Positions 38,456-47,683 of a stretch of 62,807 nt of DNA are shown piece after piece. A model generated the notes under the pieces. The model made no database searches and was not told the DNA's origin. It was given only the letters and a program-made list of their open reading frames with translations. The position numbers were made by a program, and so were the translations under genes. The DNA comes from Chloroflexota bacterium. Lineage in GTDB: Bacteria; Chloroflexota; Dehalococcoidia; DSTF01; JACRBR01. The stretch spans positions 1-62,807 of the forward strand of contig JBBING010000006.1 of assembly GCA_037444005.1 (NCBI GenBank), given 5' to 3'. Within the stretch, counting starts at the first letter, position 1. Each line of letters starts with the position of its first letter.

Positions 38456-39085
38456 ATGCAGATGGGCGCTTTGCGGGTGAGGGACGACGCCGAAGGGTTG
38501 CTTCGCGCCGCCGCCGCGCTCCGCGACGGAAAGGTGGTCGTTTTCCCCACCGACACGGTGTACGGCATCGGCGCCGCCGCCGAACATGACGACGCCTGCC
38601 AGCGGCTGTTCGACCTCAAGGGCCGCGCGACCACGAAGGCCATCCCCATCCTCATCGCCGCCGCCACCGACCTCGACCGGGTCGTCGAGTCGGTACCGGA
38701 GACAGCCCGGAAGCTCATGCGGCGCTTCTGGCCCGGCGGGCTCACCATCGTATTCCGCCGTCATCCGTCCTTCCGTTCAGCCGCCCTCGCCGGAGGCGAC
38801 ACGGTCGCCGTTCGCATCCCCGACGATCTGCGATCCCGGGCGCTCATCAACGCTGCGGGAGGCCTCCTCGCCGCGACGAGCGCGAACGCCTCCGGGCGCC
38901 CGAGTCCCGTGACGGCCGACGAGGCCGCCGCGCAATTGCCGGACGCCGACCTCGTCGTGGACGGCGGGCCCTGTCCGGGCGGCGTCGAATCCACAGTCGT
39001 CGACGTCACCGTGGACCCGCCCCGCATCCTGCGCGAAGGCGCCATCCCGGCGAGCGCTATCGAAGCGGCGCTGGCCGACCCTTAG
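38456..39085 (+). CDS. tsaC: L-threonylcarbamoyladenylate synthase (TsaC/YwlC/Sua5 family)
   Basis: 209 aa. 'GKVVVFPTDTVYGIGA', 'LFDLKGR', 'FWPGGLTIV' and 'TSANASGRPS'. Confidence 0.9.
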   Translation: MQMGALRVRDDAEGLLRAAAALRDGKVVVFPTDTVYGIGAAAEHDDACQRLFDLKGRATTKAIPILIAAATDLDRVVESVPETARKLMRRFWPGGLTIVFRRHPSFRSAALAGGDTVAVRIPDDLRSRALINAAGGLLAATSANASGRPSPVTADEAAAQLPDADLVVDGGPCPGGVESTVVDVTVDPPRILREGAIPASAIEAALADP

Positions 39086-39095
39086 GAGCGCAGCG

Positions 39096-39938
39096 ATGGC
39101 AGTCGGACTGTGGGTGCTCGAGCGATGCGCGAACGAGCGCTTCCCGTACCGCCTCACCATCGAGCGCGGAGAGCGGCGCCTCGTGCTGCGCGTCCAGGAC
39201 CGCTGGCCCGGCGCGAATCGCAACGTCTTCTGTCTGCGCGAGACGGAGCTGTCGGACGACGTCCTCGAGGAGATCGAGCGCGTGCCGATCACGGCCCTGC
39301 AACGGCGGGGCGTCCGCTTGTCCATCGTCCTGGACCGGCCCCGGAACAAGCGATGCGACTTCCTGATCCTGAAGCGTCCGTACCGCGACGGCCGGCCGGG
39401 GACATATGAGCAGATCTTCTGGCAGACCCAGTCGTCGATGCGCCAGCGGCGGCCACGTGTGCGGCTCACCCATCCTCGGCGCCGGGACACGTACGTGGTC
39501 CGCATCGCCCACGATGAGAAATACCCGTGGCGCTTCCCGGCCGCCGTCACCGAGCGCGGCCGCCTCCCGGCCGGTGACTACGCGCTCATGGAGGGCGAGC
39601 GCGTCCTGGCGGTGGTGGAACGGAAGACCTTCGAGAACTTCCAGCACGACTTGACCGTGCTGCCGCTCCTGCACCAGAAGCTGATGGAGCTCAGTTCGTT
39701 CGAGCGGCACGCGCTGGTCATCGAAGCGCCCTACGAGGACTTCCTTTCGCGCGCGAAGTCGCCGTACTTGAGCCCATCGTTCGCCGCCGAGGCCATCGCG
39801 GAGCTCTTCGCGTCGCACCCGCGCCTGCGGATCGTCTTCTGCGCGAACCGCAAGACGGCGAACGAGTGGACCCGCCGCTACTTCGACGCCGTCTGGGCCG
39901 CGGTCCACGACCGCCCCGCGACGAGTGGCGAGGCGTGA
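39096..39938 (+). CDS. hypothetical protein with C-terminal ERCC4/XPF-Mus81-type nuclease signature and unknown N-terminal domain
   Basis: 280 aa. 'VVRIAHDEKY', then 'GDYALMEGERVLAVVERKTFENFQHDL' (GDY-x12-ERK-x7-D), then 'HQKLMEL...HALVIEAP'. GGAG lies 6-9 nt upstream of ATG 39096, 10 nt after the tsaC stop. Confidence 0.6.
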   Translation: MAVGLWVLERCANERFPYRLTIERGERRLVLRVQDRWPGANRNVFCLRETELSDDVLEEIERVPITALQRRGVRLSIVLDRPRNKRCDFLILKRPYRDGRPGTYEQIFWQTQSSMRQRRPRVRLTHPRRRDTYVVRIAHDEKYPWRFPAAVTERGRLPAGDYALMEGERVLAVVERKTFENFQHDLTVLPLLHQKLMELSSFERHALVIEAPYEDFLSRAKSPYLSPSFAAEAIAELFASHPRLRIVFCANRKTANEWTRRYFDAVWAAVHDRPATSGEA

Positions 39939-39942
39939 GCGC

Positions 39943-41232
39943 TCAACGGAAGGTCGGCAGGTACGGGGCGTGCAACCGGAGTACGTCGTCCAGAAAGGCC
40001 TCGGCCGCCCGGGCGCTGTGCACCACCGGGTCGAGGAGCAACGCCTCCAACGCCAGCGCTCGCGAGCCGTTGACCGCGGCGTCCACCGCTAGCATCTGAA
40101 TCTCGACCTCCCGGCGCACCATGGCCTCGATCGGGCCCGGCAGCGCTCCCACAGGCTCGCCGCGTGCAACCCCGTCCGCGACCCTGCCGGGAACCTCGAC
40201 CACGGCGTCGTGCGGGAGGCCGTCGATGTAACCGTCGTTAGGCACGATGAACGAGGGCTTCCGGGCGTCGCGGCGCGCGACCACGTCGGCGATGATCCGC
40301 CCTGCCGAGAGGTTGACTCGCGCTTCGTGCGACGGCTTGGCCAGCAGCGGCTCGACCGATTTCTCGCCGGCGCCCCACGCGAGCACATTCGCCCATCCCA
40401 GCTCGCGCCGCCGGGCAAATCCTTCGAAGTCGTAGCCCTCCGTTCCGACGATCTCGGCCGCCCAGGGGAAGAACTCACCGACATGATCGTCCCCGGTCGT
40501 GGGGAACACCCCGAAGCGGTCGTAGATGAACCGGCACAGCGGCCACTGGTCGTCCGGCAACGCCCGCAGCCGCTCGCGGAAGGCTGGTTCCAGGTCGGCG
40601 CCGGTCCGCGCGTCTCGCAGGCTCATCGTCCACGCGAAGTGGTTCACCCCGGCGGCGCGGAGATCGACCTCCTGCGGGTCCATCCCGAGCACCCATGCCA
40701 CCCAGGGAACCGTGTTGGCGACGCCGTGGCACAGCCCGACGGCTCGCACGGACGTGTAGCGCCGGATGGCGAGGCAAACGCGGTTCTCCGGATTCGTGTA
40801 GTTCAAGAGGAGGGCGTTCGGGGCCAGCCGCTCGACATCGCGGGCGATGTCGAGCATCAGCGGGACGGACCGGAGGGTGTGCGAGAGCCCGCCCGGGCCC
40901 GCGTTCTCGCTCAACACCGAGGGGAATCCATGGCGGAGCGCCAACTCGTGGTCGAGCTTCCACGTGCGTTCCCGGTCGACCGCCACGGACGTCACGACGA
41001 AGTCGGCGCCAGGCAGGGCTTCGCGGCGGTCCGTCGTCGCGCGGACGCGCATGCCGAGACCCGAGGCTTCGTTCAGTCGTTCGGCCAGGCGCCCCATGCC
41101 TGCGAGCCGCTCGCCGTCGAGGTCGACGAGCCAGAGGTCGGCGCCTGCGAGCTCCGGCTGCTGGAACACATCGCGCAGGAACTCGACGCCGAACACCGTG
41201 CTGCCGACGCCGATGACGACGATGCGCGTCAC
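39943..41232 (-). CDS. family 4 glycoside hydrolase (alpha-glucosidase/alpha-galactosidase, NAD+/Mn2+-dependent type)
   Basis: 429 aa. 'RIVVIGVGSTVFG' Rossmann start, 'LLNYTNPENRV' and 'VRAVGLCHG'. Confidence 0.85.
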   Translation of the reverse strand: MTRIVVIGVGSTVFGVEFLRDVFQQPELAGADLWLVDLDGERLAGMGRLAERLNEASGLGMRVRATTDRREALPGADFVVTSVAVDRERTWKLDHELALRHGFPSVLSENAGPGGLSHTLRSVPLMLDIARDVERLAPNALLLNYTNPENRVCLAIRRYTSVRAVGLCHGVANTVPWVAWVLGMDPQEVDLRAAGVNHFAWTMSLRDARTGADLEPAFRERLRALPDDQWPLCRFIYDRFGVFPTTGDDHVGEFFPWAAEIVGTEGYDFEGFARRRELGWANVLAWGAGEKSVEPLLAKPSHEARVNLSAGRIIADVVARRDARKPSFIVPNDGYIDGLPHDAVVEVPGRVADGVARGEPVGALPGPIEAMVRREVEIQMLAVDAAVNGSRALALEALLLDPVVHSARAAEAFLDDVLRLHAPYLPTFR

Positions 41233-41690
41233 GAGCGTCCTCGCGGCCTGATCTCCCAGCGGATCTCCCAGTCGGGGTTGAGGTTCAGCAGCTCGAGCAT
41301 GTGCTCGAGGTGTTCCCGGTTCCAGCGAACGCCCTGAAACGTCGCCGGGGAGATGCAGAATCGCTGCCCGCCCACGCCGACGGTGTCGATTTTGGCGCCG
41401 CGCAGGTCCGCTCCCGTGAGGTCGGCGCGGTGGAAGGAGGCGCCCCGCAAATCGGCGTCGCGCAGGTCGCAGCCTCGGAGGTCGGAGGAGTTGAACCTCG
41501 CGTCTCGCAGATCGCAGCCCCTGAAGCTCGCACCGGCCAGACGCGCCGACTGCAGCCGGACGCGACGCAGGTCGCGCCCCGACAGGTCCGCGCCCTCGAG
41601 ATCGATGGCGACGTCTTCGTGCTCCCGAACGAAGGCGTTGAGGGCGTCGACACCCTGGTTCAGCAGGGCCAGATGCTCGGGGTTCGCCAT
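41229..41690 (-). CDS. pentapeptide repeat protein
   Basis: ATG 41690 within ORF 41229..42137. About 15 consecutive A(D/N)LXX repeats ('ADLSGRDLRRVRLQSARLAGASFRGCDLRDARFNSSDLRGCDLRDADLRGASFHRADLTGADLRGA') plus a 50-aa C-terminal tail. GTGA overlap with the GH4 start. Confidence 0.85.
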   Translation of the reverse strand: MANPEHLALLNQGVDALNAFVREHEDVAIDLEGADLSGRDLRRVRLQSARLAGASFRGCDLRDARFNSSDLRGCDLRDADLRGASFHRADLTGADLRGAKIDTVGVGGQRFCISPATFQGVRWNREHLEHMLELLNLNPDWEIRWEIRPRGRS

Positions 41691-41718
41691 CGTGCGTCTC
41701 CTCGCGATCCTACGGGCG

Positions 41719-42912
41719 TCAAGCCTCGCGGTCCAGCAGCGCCGCGACGCCCGGCAACTCCCGTCCTTCGAGGAACTCGAGCGACGCGCCGCCGCCGGTG
41801 GAGACGTGGGAGAAGCGGCCGGCGAGCCCGCTCTGCTCCACCAGCGCCACCGTCTCTCCGCCGCCCACGATGGTCGTCGCCCCTGATTCCGCCACGGCCC
41901 GCGCGATGCCGAGCGATCCCCCGGCGAACGCCTCCCACTCGGCCACGCCCATAGGGCCGTTCCAGACGATGGTCCGCATCCCCTGCAGCACTTCCGCGTA
42001 GCCGCGCACCGTCTCGGGGCCGATGTCCATGATGCGCCATCCCGGCTCGACGTCGTTGACCGAAACCACCCGATGGTTCGCGCCCGCGTCGAAGGCGTCC
42101 GCGACGACGACGTCCACCGGCAACAGGAGGCGGACACCGCGCTCCGCGGCCTCCGAGACGATCTGGCGGGCGGTATCGAGCTGGTCGTCCTCGACCAGCG
42201 AGTCGCCGACCTCGAGTCCCTGCGCCTTCAGGAACGTGCTCGCCATCCCCCCACCGATGAGGATGACGTCGACCTTCGACAGCAAGTGGCGCAGCACGCC
42301 GATTTTGGAGCTGATCTTGGCGCCGCCGATGATGGCGGCCACCGGGCGCTCGGGATGCGTCACCACCCGGTCGAGATAGTCGATCTCCTTCTCCATCAAG
42401 AAGCCCGCGACCGCCGGCAGGTAGGCGGCGACGCCCGCGGTGGACGCGTGAGCGCGATGGGCGGCGCCGAAGGCGTCGTTCACGAACACGTCAGCGAGGG
42501 CCGCCAGCTTCCGCGCGAACTCGGGGTCGTTGGCCTCTTCCTCGGGGTGGAAGCGCAGGTTCTCCAGCAGCAAGACCTCGCCCGGCGCCAGCGCGGCGAC
42601 GGCGGCTTCGACGTCGGGCCCCACGCAATCGGGCGCCGTCTTCACGGGCGCGCCCAACAGCTCACTCAGCCGCTGCGCCACGGGTGCAAGCCGCAGCTCT
42701 TCCTTCACCTGCCCGTCTGGCCGGCCGAGATGGGAGCACACGATCACCCGCGCGTTCCGCTCGCGCAGGTACTGGATGGTCGGAAGCGCCGCCCGGATCC
42801 GTGTGTCGTCGAGCACGGCGCGCGTCGTCTTGTCCAGAGGCACGTTGAAATCGACCCGGACGAGGACACGCTTGCCAGCCACGTCGACATCCCGCACCGT
42901 CTTCTTGCGCAT
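41719..42912 (-). CDS. pgk: phosphoglycerate kinase
   Basis: ATG 42912 (GGAGG 5 nt upstream) within ORF 41719..42930. '[13 protein letters not shown]', 'SHLGRP' and '[13 protein letters not shown]'. Confidence 0.95.
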   Translation of the reverse strand: MRKKTVRDVDVAGKRVLVRVDFNVPLDKTTRAVLDDTRIRAALPTIQYLRERNARVIVCSHLGRPDGQVKEELRLAPVAQRLSELLGAPVKTAPDCVGPDVEAAVAALAPGEVLLLENLRFHPEEEANDPEFARKLAALADVFVNDAFGAAHRAHASTAGVAAYLPAVAGFLMEKEIDYLDRVVTHPERPVAAIIGGAKISSKIGVLRHLLSKVDVILIGGGMASTFLKAQGLEVGDSLVEDDQLDTARQIVSEAAERGVRLLLPVDVVVADAFDAGANHRVVSVNDVEPGWRIMDIGPETVRGYAEVLQGMRTIVWNGPMGVAEWEAFAGGSLGIARAVAESGATTIVGGGETVALVEQSGLAGRFSHVSTGGGASLEFLEGRELPGVAALLDREA

Positions 42913-42956
42913 GGATCCCTCCTCGACCAATGAGCGTATGGTGTGGCGCGACGCGG

Positions 42957-44021
42957 TCAGCGGCTCCGCCGGGCGAAGTACATCGCCAGCGTCGCGAGCC
43001 CCTCACGCGCTTCCGGACGCAAGTCGAGCCCCTCGATCGCCGCCAGGGCGGCTTCGGCGTGCCGGAGGGCCGCTTCGTCGCTGGCCACGCGGGCGCCGGA
43101 CCGCTCGAGGATGGCGCTCACTTCATCGAACGCCTCCTGCTTGAAGCGCGGCGCCCCGTACAGCGCCTTCAGGCGCGCCCTGTCCTCGTCAGCGGCGTGC
43201 TCCATCGCGTAGACGACGGGGTACGTCTTCTTGCGCGACCAGATGTCCTCGCCCGTGACCTTCCCCGTGTCGGCGGGGTCACCCCAGACGCCCAGCACGT
43301 CGTCGCGGATCTGGAACGCGAGCCCCAGCCGCCTCCCCGCCTCCCGGAACGAGCGCACGACCGCTTCGTCCGCTTCGCCGATCAGCGCCCCGATGGCCAT
43401 CGACGCGGCCATAAGCGCCGCCGTCTTCCCCTCGATCATCGCGAGGTACTCGTCGCAGGAGACGAGATCGCGCTCCTCGAACGTGAGGTCGTAGAACTGC
43501 CCCTCGCACAGCCGGAGCGACGCCTCGTCGAGCTCGGCCACGGCCCGCAACGTACGATCTGGCGAAACGCCGGCGTCGGCGAGGGCTAGCATGGCGCGAT
43601 GGGCGAGCGCGTGGAGACCGTCGCCGACGTTGATGGCGAGCGCCTGTCCCCAGAGGCTCCACACCGTATCCCGCCCGTGCCGCTTGGGACTCGCGTCTTC
43701 GATGTCGTCATGTACGAGGGTGAAGTTATGCAGGAATTCGAGGGACGCGGCCGCGGGCAGCGCCTTCGCGACATCCCCGCCGACCGCCTCGCAGCTCACG
43801 AGACAGAGGACGGGGCGCAGGAGCTTCCCCGTGCGCCCGTCGACACGATTCCCGCGCGCATCCTCCCACCCGAGGTGATAGCGCATGAAGGCGTAGTGCC
43901 GAAGGGGCTTTTCCTCGAGGAACGCGCCCATCGCGCGCCGGATGGACGGCCGGTAACGGTCGACGAGGGCGTCGACCCGCGCTTCGAGATCGGCCGAGGA
44001 CGAGACGGAGGGAACGGTCAT
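42957..44021 (-). CDS. polyprenyl (geranylgeranyl) diphosphate synthase
   Basis: ATG 44021 within ORF 42957..45080. First Asp-rich motif 'LVHDDIED' and second '[13 protein letters not shown]'. ATGA overlap with the rpiB stop. Confidence 0.9.
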   Translation of the reverse strand: MTVPSVSSSADLEARVDALVDRYRPSIRRAMGAFLEEKPLRHYAFMRYHLGWEDARGNRVDGRTGKLLRPVLCLVSCEAVGGDVAKALPAAASLEFLHNFTLVHDDIEDASPKRHGRDTVWSLWGQALAINVGDGLHALAHRAMLALADAGVSPDRTLRAVAELDEASLRLCEGQFYDLTFEERDLVSCDEYLAMIEGKTAALMAASMAIGALIGEADEAVVRSFREAGRRLGLAFQIRDDVLGVWGDPADTGKVTGEDIWSRKKTYPVVYAMEHAADEDRARLKALYGAPRFKQEAFDEVSAILERSGARVASDEAALRHAEAALAAIEGLDLRPEAREGLATLAMYFARRSR

Positions 44022-44503
44022 GAAGCCGGGGCCGCTTTTCCTGCCGGGGGCGTGGCCCGAGCCCGTTCTTCGTCCATCGCGCTGATTTTGGCGACCCGCC
44101 GGGCATGCCGGCCGCCCTGGAACGTGGCGCCGAAGTATGCGTCGAGGATCTCGGCGGCGACGCCCTGACCGATGCACCAGCCGCCCAGACAGATGACGTT
44201 GGCGTCGTTGTGCTCGCGCGCCCGGCGGGCGTCGAAGGTGTCGTGGCAGAGCGCCGCGCGCACGCCGGCGACCTTGTTCGCCGTGATGCTCATCCCGACT
44301 CCGTTGCTGCACACCAGGACCCCTACGTCGTGACGCCCGGCGGCGACGCTTTCGGCCACGGGCCGCGCGTAGTCCGGGTAGTCCACCGACGCTTCGCTGT
44401 CGGTCCCGAAGTCGTCGACCTCGTGGCCGCGCTCGCGGAGATACTGCTTCACGAACTCTTTGAGCCGGAATCCTGCGTGGTCCGAGCCGACAGCGATGCG
44501 CAT
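44018..44503 (-). CDS. rpiB: ribose-5-phosphate isomerase B
   Basis: ATG 44503 (GGGAGG upstream) within ORF 44018..45346. 'MRIAVGSDHAGFRLKE', 'GVLVCSNGVGMSITANK' and 'HNDANVICLG'. Confidence 0.9.
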   Translation of the reverse strand: MRIAVGSDHAGFRLKEFVKQYLRERGHEVDDFGTDSEASVDYPDYARPVAESVAAGRHDVGVLVCSNGVGMSITANKVAGVRAALCHDTFDARRAREHNDANVICLGGWCIGQGVAAEILDAYFGATFQGGRHARRVAKISAMDEERARATPPAGKAAPAS

Positions 44504-44606
44504 CGCGACCTCCCGCCCCGACGAGACCGCTTCGAGTGTACCATCGGCCGCCACCGTCGGCATCCGCGCCGTTCCCGTCGCGTGCCCGGTCACGTACAAT
44601 GCCGCC

Positions 44607-45818
44607 GTGGACCTCGCGCTCCTGCGGGAACTGGCAGTCCCGAACGACACGAAGATCGTCCTCTGCGTCGTCGACGGCCTCGGCGGCATGCCGCATCCCG
44701 ACACGGGCCGCTCGGAGCTTGAGGCCGCGAACATCCCCCACCTCGACCTGCTCGCCAAACAGTCGCTCTGCGGGCTCACCATCCCCGTCGGATACGGCGT
44801 CACCCCCGGCTCGGGGCCCGGGCATCTGGCGTTGTTCGGCTTCGATCCCCTCGTGTACACGGTGGGCCGGGGCGTTCTCGAGGCGCTGGGCGTCGACTTC
44901 GACCTCGGCCCCGAGGATGTGGCGGCCCGTGGCAACTTCTGCACATTGGACGCGGAAGGCCGCATCGTCGACCGGCGCGCCGGCCGCCTGCCGACGGACG
45001 AGACCGCCCGCCGCTGCGACCTGCTCCGCGACATCCGCCTGCCGGGCGTCGAGCTGTTCGTCCAGCCGGTGCGAGAACACCGGTTTCTGCTGGTGCTGCG
45101 GGGCGAGGGGCTGGGCGACAGCATCCCCGACACGGACCCGCAGCGAGAAGGAGTTCCGCCATTACCCGCGCAGGGCCGCGACCCCGCATCCGAGCGTACG
45201 GCGGCGCTGGTGAACCGCTTCGTCGAGGAGGCGCGCGCCCGGCTTTCCGGCTTCGAGCACGGCAATGGTCTCACGCTGCGCGGATTCGCCAAGCGGCCGG
45301 CGATGCCGGCCATCGGCGATGTGTGCAAGTTCCGGCCGGCAGCCATCGCCGTTTACCCCATGTACCGGGGCCTGGCGAAGCTCGTAGGTATGAAGGTCCT
45401 GGCGACCGGCTCCACCTTCGAAGACGAGGTCGCCACCCTGCACGAACATCGCGACGCGTTCGACTTCTTCTTCGTGCACTACAAGTACGCCGACAGCGCC
45501 GGGGAAGACGGCAACTTCGAAGCCAAGATGGCGGCGCTCGAGCGGTTCGACGAACGCGTCCCCGACCTGCTGGACTTCGAGCCCGACGTGCTCATGATCG
45601 CGGGCGACCACGCGACGCCGTCGGTGCTCGCGAGCCATTCCTGGCACCCCGTTCCATTCCTCATGTGGGTCAAGCGATTCGCGGGCGCGGGCGCGGACGG
45701 AGCCGACGCCTTCAACGAGAAGGCGTGCCGCCACGGCGCGCTCGGCGTCTTCCCCGCAAAAGAGGCGCTCCCGCTGGCCATGGCCTACGCAGGCCGCCTC
45801 ACCAAATATGGAGCGTGA
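44607..45818 (+). CDS. apgM: cofactor-independent phosphoglycerate mutase, archaeal (ApgM) type
   Basis: GTG 44607 within ORF 44460..45818. 'KIVLCVVDGLGG', 'TPGSGPGHLALFGFDP', 'FFFVHYKYADSAGEDG' and 'MIAGDHATP'. Confidence 0.85.
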   Translation: MDLALLRELAVPNDTKIVLCVVDGLGGMPHPDTGRSELEAANIPHLDLLAKQSLCGLTIPVGYGVTPGSGPGHLALFGFDPLVYTVGRGVLEALGVDFDLGPEDVAARGNFCTLDAEGRIVDRRAGRLPTDETARRCDLLRDIRLPGVELFVQPVREHRFLLVLRGEGLGDSIPDTDPQREGVPPLPAQGRDPASERTAALVNRFVEEARARLSGFEHGNGLTLRGFAKRPAMPAIGDVCKFRPAAIAVYPMYRGLAKLVGMKVLATGSTFEDEVATLHEHRDAFDFFFVHYKYADSAGEDGNFEAKMAALERFDERVPDLLDFEPDVLMIAGDHATPSVLASHSWHPVPFLMWVKRFAGAGADGADAFNEKACRHGALGVFPAKEALPLAMAYAGRLTKYGA

Positions 45819-45823
45819 CCGCC

Positions 45824-46600
45824 GTGACGCGCGTACCCTTCATCGCCGGCAACTGGAAGATGAACCCCACGACCGGGATGGAAGCGGCCCGCCTCCTCTC
45901 CGACATCCGCGACCGCATCGAAGCGATCGACGGCGTCCAGAAGGGCGTCTTTCCGCCCGCCATCTACCTCAAGACGGCGCTGGAGATCCTCGACGGAAGC
46001 GGCATCGTCGTGGGGGCCCAGAACTGCCACTGGGAGGCGAAAGGCGCGTTTACCGGCGAGCTGAGCCCTGTCATGCTGCGCGAGCTCGTCGACTGGGTGA
46101 TCATCGGCCACTCGGAGCGGCGGCAGTATTTCGGTGAGACCGACGAGACCGTGAACAGGCGCGTGAAGGGCGCCCTCGCCGCGGGGCTCCGGGTCATCAT
46201 GTGCATCGGCGAGACCCGCGAGGAGCGCGCCCAGGGACGCACCAACGAGGTGCTCATTCGCCAGTTGCGGAAGGGTCTCGAAGGCGTCGACCTGCCCAAC
46301 GACTTCGTCATCGCCTACGAACCGGTCTGGGCCATCGGGACCGGCGACGCCGCGACGGGCGAGCAAGCGAACGAAGCCATCGCCCTCATCCGCGAAGACG
46401 TGGCGTACCTGTACGGGGCGGAGAAGGCCGCGTCGGTGCGCATCCAGTACGGCGGCTCGGTGACCGACGAGAACGTCGCGGAATTCCTGGAGCAGCCGGA
46501 GGTGGACGGAGCGTTGGTCGGCGGCGCGTCCCTCAAGCCCGACGTCTTCGCTCGCATCGTCGAGACCGCCGCCGAGATCGCCAGCGCCCGCGCCCGATGA
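45824..46600 (+). CDS. tpiA: triose-phosphate isomerase
   Basis: GTG 45824 (or 45815) within ORF 45323..46600. 'FIAGNWKMN', 'IIGHSERR', 'AYEPVWAIGTG' and 'YGGSV'. Confidence 0.95.
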   Translation: MTRVPFIAGNWKMNPTTGMEAARLLSDIRDRIEAIDGVQKGVFPPAIYLKTALEILDGSGIVVGAQNCHWEAKGAFTGELSPVMLRELVDWVIIGHSERRQYFGETDETVNRRVKGALAAGLRVIMCIGETREERAQGRTNEVLIRQLRKGLEGVDLPNDFVIAYEPVWAIGTGDAATGEQANEAIALIREDVAYLYGAEKAASVRIQYGGSVTDENVAEFLEQPEVDGALVGGASLKPDVFARIVETAAEIASARAR

Positions 46601-47535
46601 CGGACGGCCGGCGGCTCGTCGCCATCGTGGGCCCGACCGCCACCGGCAAGAGCGACCTCGCGGTCGGGCTGGCGCTCCGCTTCGGCGGCGAGATCGTGAA
46701 CGCCGACCCCCAGCTCGTCTACCGCGGGTTGGACATCGGCACCGCGAAGCCCTCGCTCGAGACGCGGCGCCGCGTGCCGCATCACCTCATCGACATCGTC
46801 GACCCCGACGAGCCGTTCACGCTCGGGATGTTTCTCGACCTCGCACAGACGGCGATGGAGGACATCTGGTCCCGCGGTGGCATCGTCTGGCTGACGGGCG
46901 GCACGGGACAGTACGTCTGGTCGGTCATCGAAGGCTGGCGGGTTCCCCGGGTGCCGCCACAGCCGGCGCTCCGGCGGGAGCTCGAAGCGCTCGGACCCGA
47001 GACGCTGGCGGCCGAGCTGCGACGCGTCGACCCCGTCTCCGCCGCCAGAATCGACCCGCGCAACGTCCGGCGGGTCATTCGCGCGTTGGAGGTGTACCGC
47101 GTCACCGGACGCCCCTTGAGCGCCTGGGCGACGAAATCGCCCCCCGGGATGGACTCACTGGTGCTGGGGCTGTGGTGCGAGCGCGACGAACTGTACCGGC
47201 GGATCGACGCGCGGGTCGACGCGATGATCCAGCGCGGCCTCGAGCGCGAGGTCCGGTCGCTTCTGGCGCGCGGCTATTCGTGCGACCTCCCCGCCCTGCG
47301 CAGCATCGGCTACAAGGAGATGTGCGCATACCTCCGGGGCGAGCTGACGCTGGACCAGGCCGTCGCCCGGATCAAGACCGAAACGCACCGGCTGTCGCGG
47401 CACCAGCGGAACTGGTTCCGCCGGTCCGACCCCCGCATCGTGTGGATCGACGTGACCCGGGAGGACCCGCTCGAAGAGGCGGCCACGGTGGTGGCGTCGC
47501 GGTTCTCCATAAACACTGTCAATCGTTCCGATTGA
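46597..47535 (+). CDS. miaA: tRNA (adenosine(37)-N6)-dimethylallyltransferase
   Basis: ATG 46597 (ATGA overlap with the tpiA stop) within ORF 46201..47535. 'VAIVGPTATGKS', 'IVNADPQLVYRGLDIGTAKP' and 'HHLIDIVDP'. Confidence 0.95.
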   Translation: MTDGRRLVAIVGPTATGKSDLAVGLALRFGGEIVNADPQLVYRGLDIGTAKPSLETRRRVPHHLIDIVDPDEPFTLGMFLDLAQTAMEDIWSRGGIVWLTGGTGQYVWSVIEGWRVPRVPPQPALRRELEALGPETLAAELRRVDPVSAARIDPRNVRRVIRALEVYRVTGRPLSAWATKSPPGMDSLVLGLWCERDELYRRIDARVDAMIQRGLEREVRSLLARGYSCDLPALRSIGYKEMCAYLRGELTLDQAVARIKTETHRLSRHQRNWFRRSDPRIVWIDVTREDPLEEAATVVASRFSINTVNRSD

Positions 47536-47560
47536 CAACGTACAGGACCTGTCGTAGGCT
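47532..47560 (+). promoter_or_regulatory. sigma70-like promoter TTGACA-17 nt-TAGGCT overlapping the miaA stop
   Basis: Read directly. Consensus -35, ideal spacer and a 3/6 -10. It would give a leader of about 115 nt for the 93-aa ORF. Confidence 0.35.
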
Positions 47561-47575
47561 ATCCTGAAGCGTTCT

Positions 47576-47615
47576 CAGGGGGATGGCCGCGGCCCGCCGT
47601 TAACGTTTCTCCCTG
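47576..47615 (+). promoter_or_regulatory. stem-loop in the putative 5' leader (CAGGGGGA ... TCTCCCTG enclosing palindrome GGCCGCGGCC)
   Basis: 8-bp stem with one G-U, at 47576-47583 paired with 47608-47615. Inner 10-bp palindrome at 47585-47594. Flanked by three AGCGTT(C/G)T direct repeats at 47568, 47620 and 47648. Confidence 0.25.
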
Positions 47616-47683
47616 CCACAGCGTTGTAACCAAAACACGTTCGCCCGAGCGTTGTCGAGAGGTGGCGCGGAGGGGCGGAAGGG

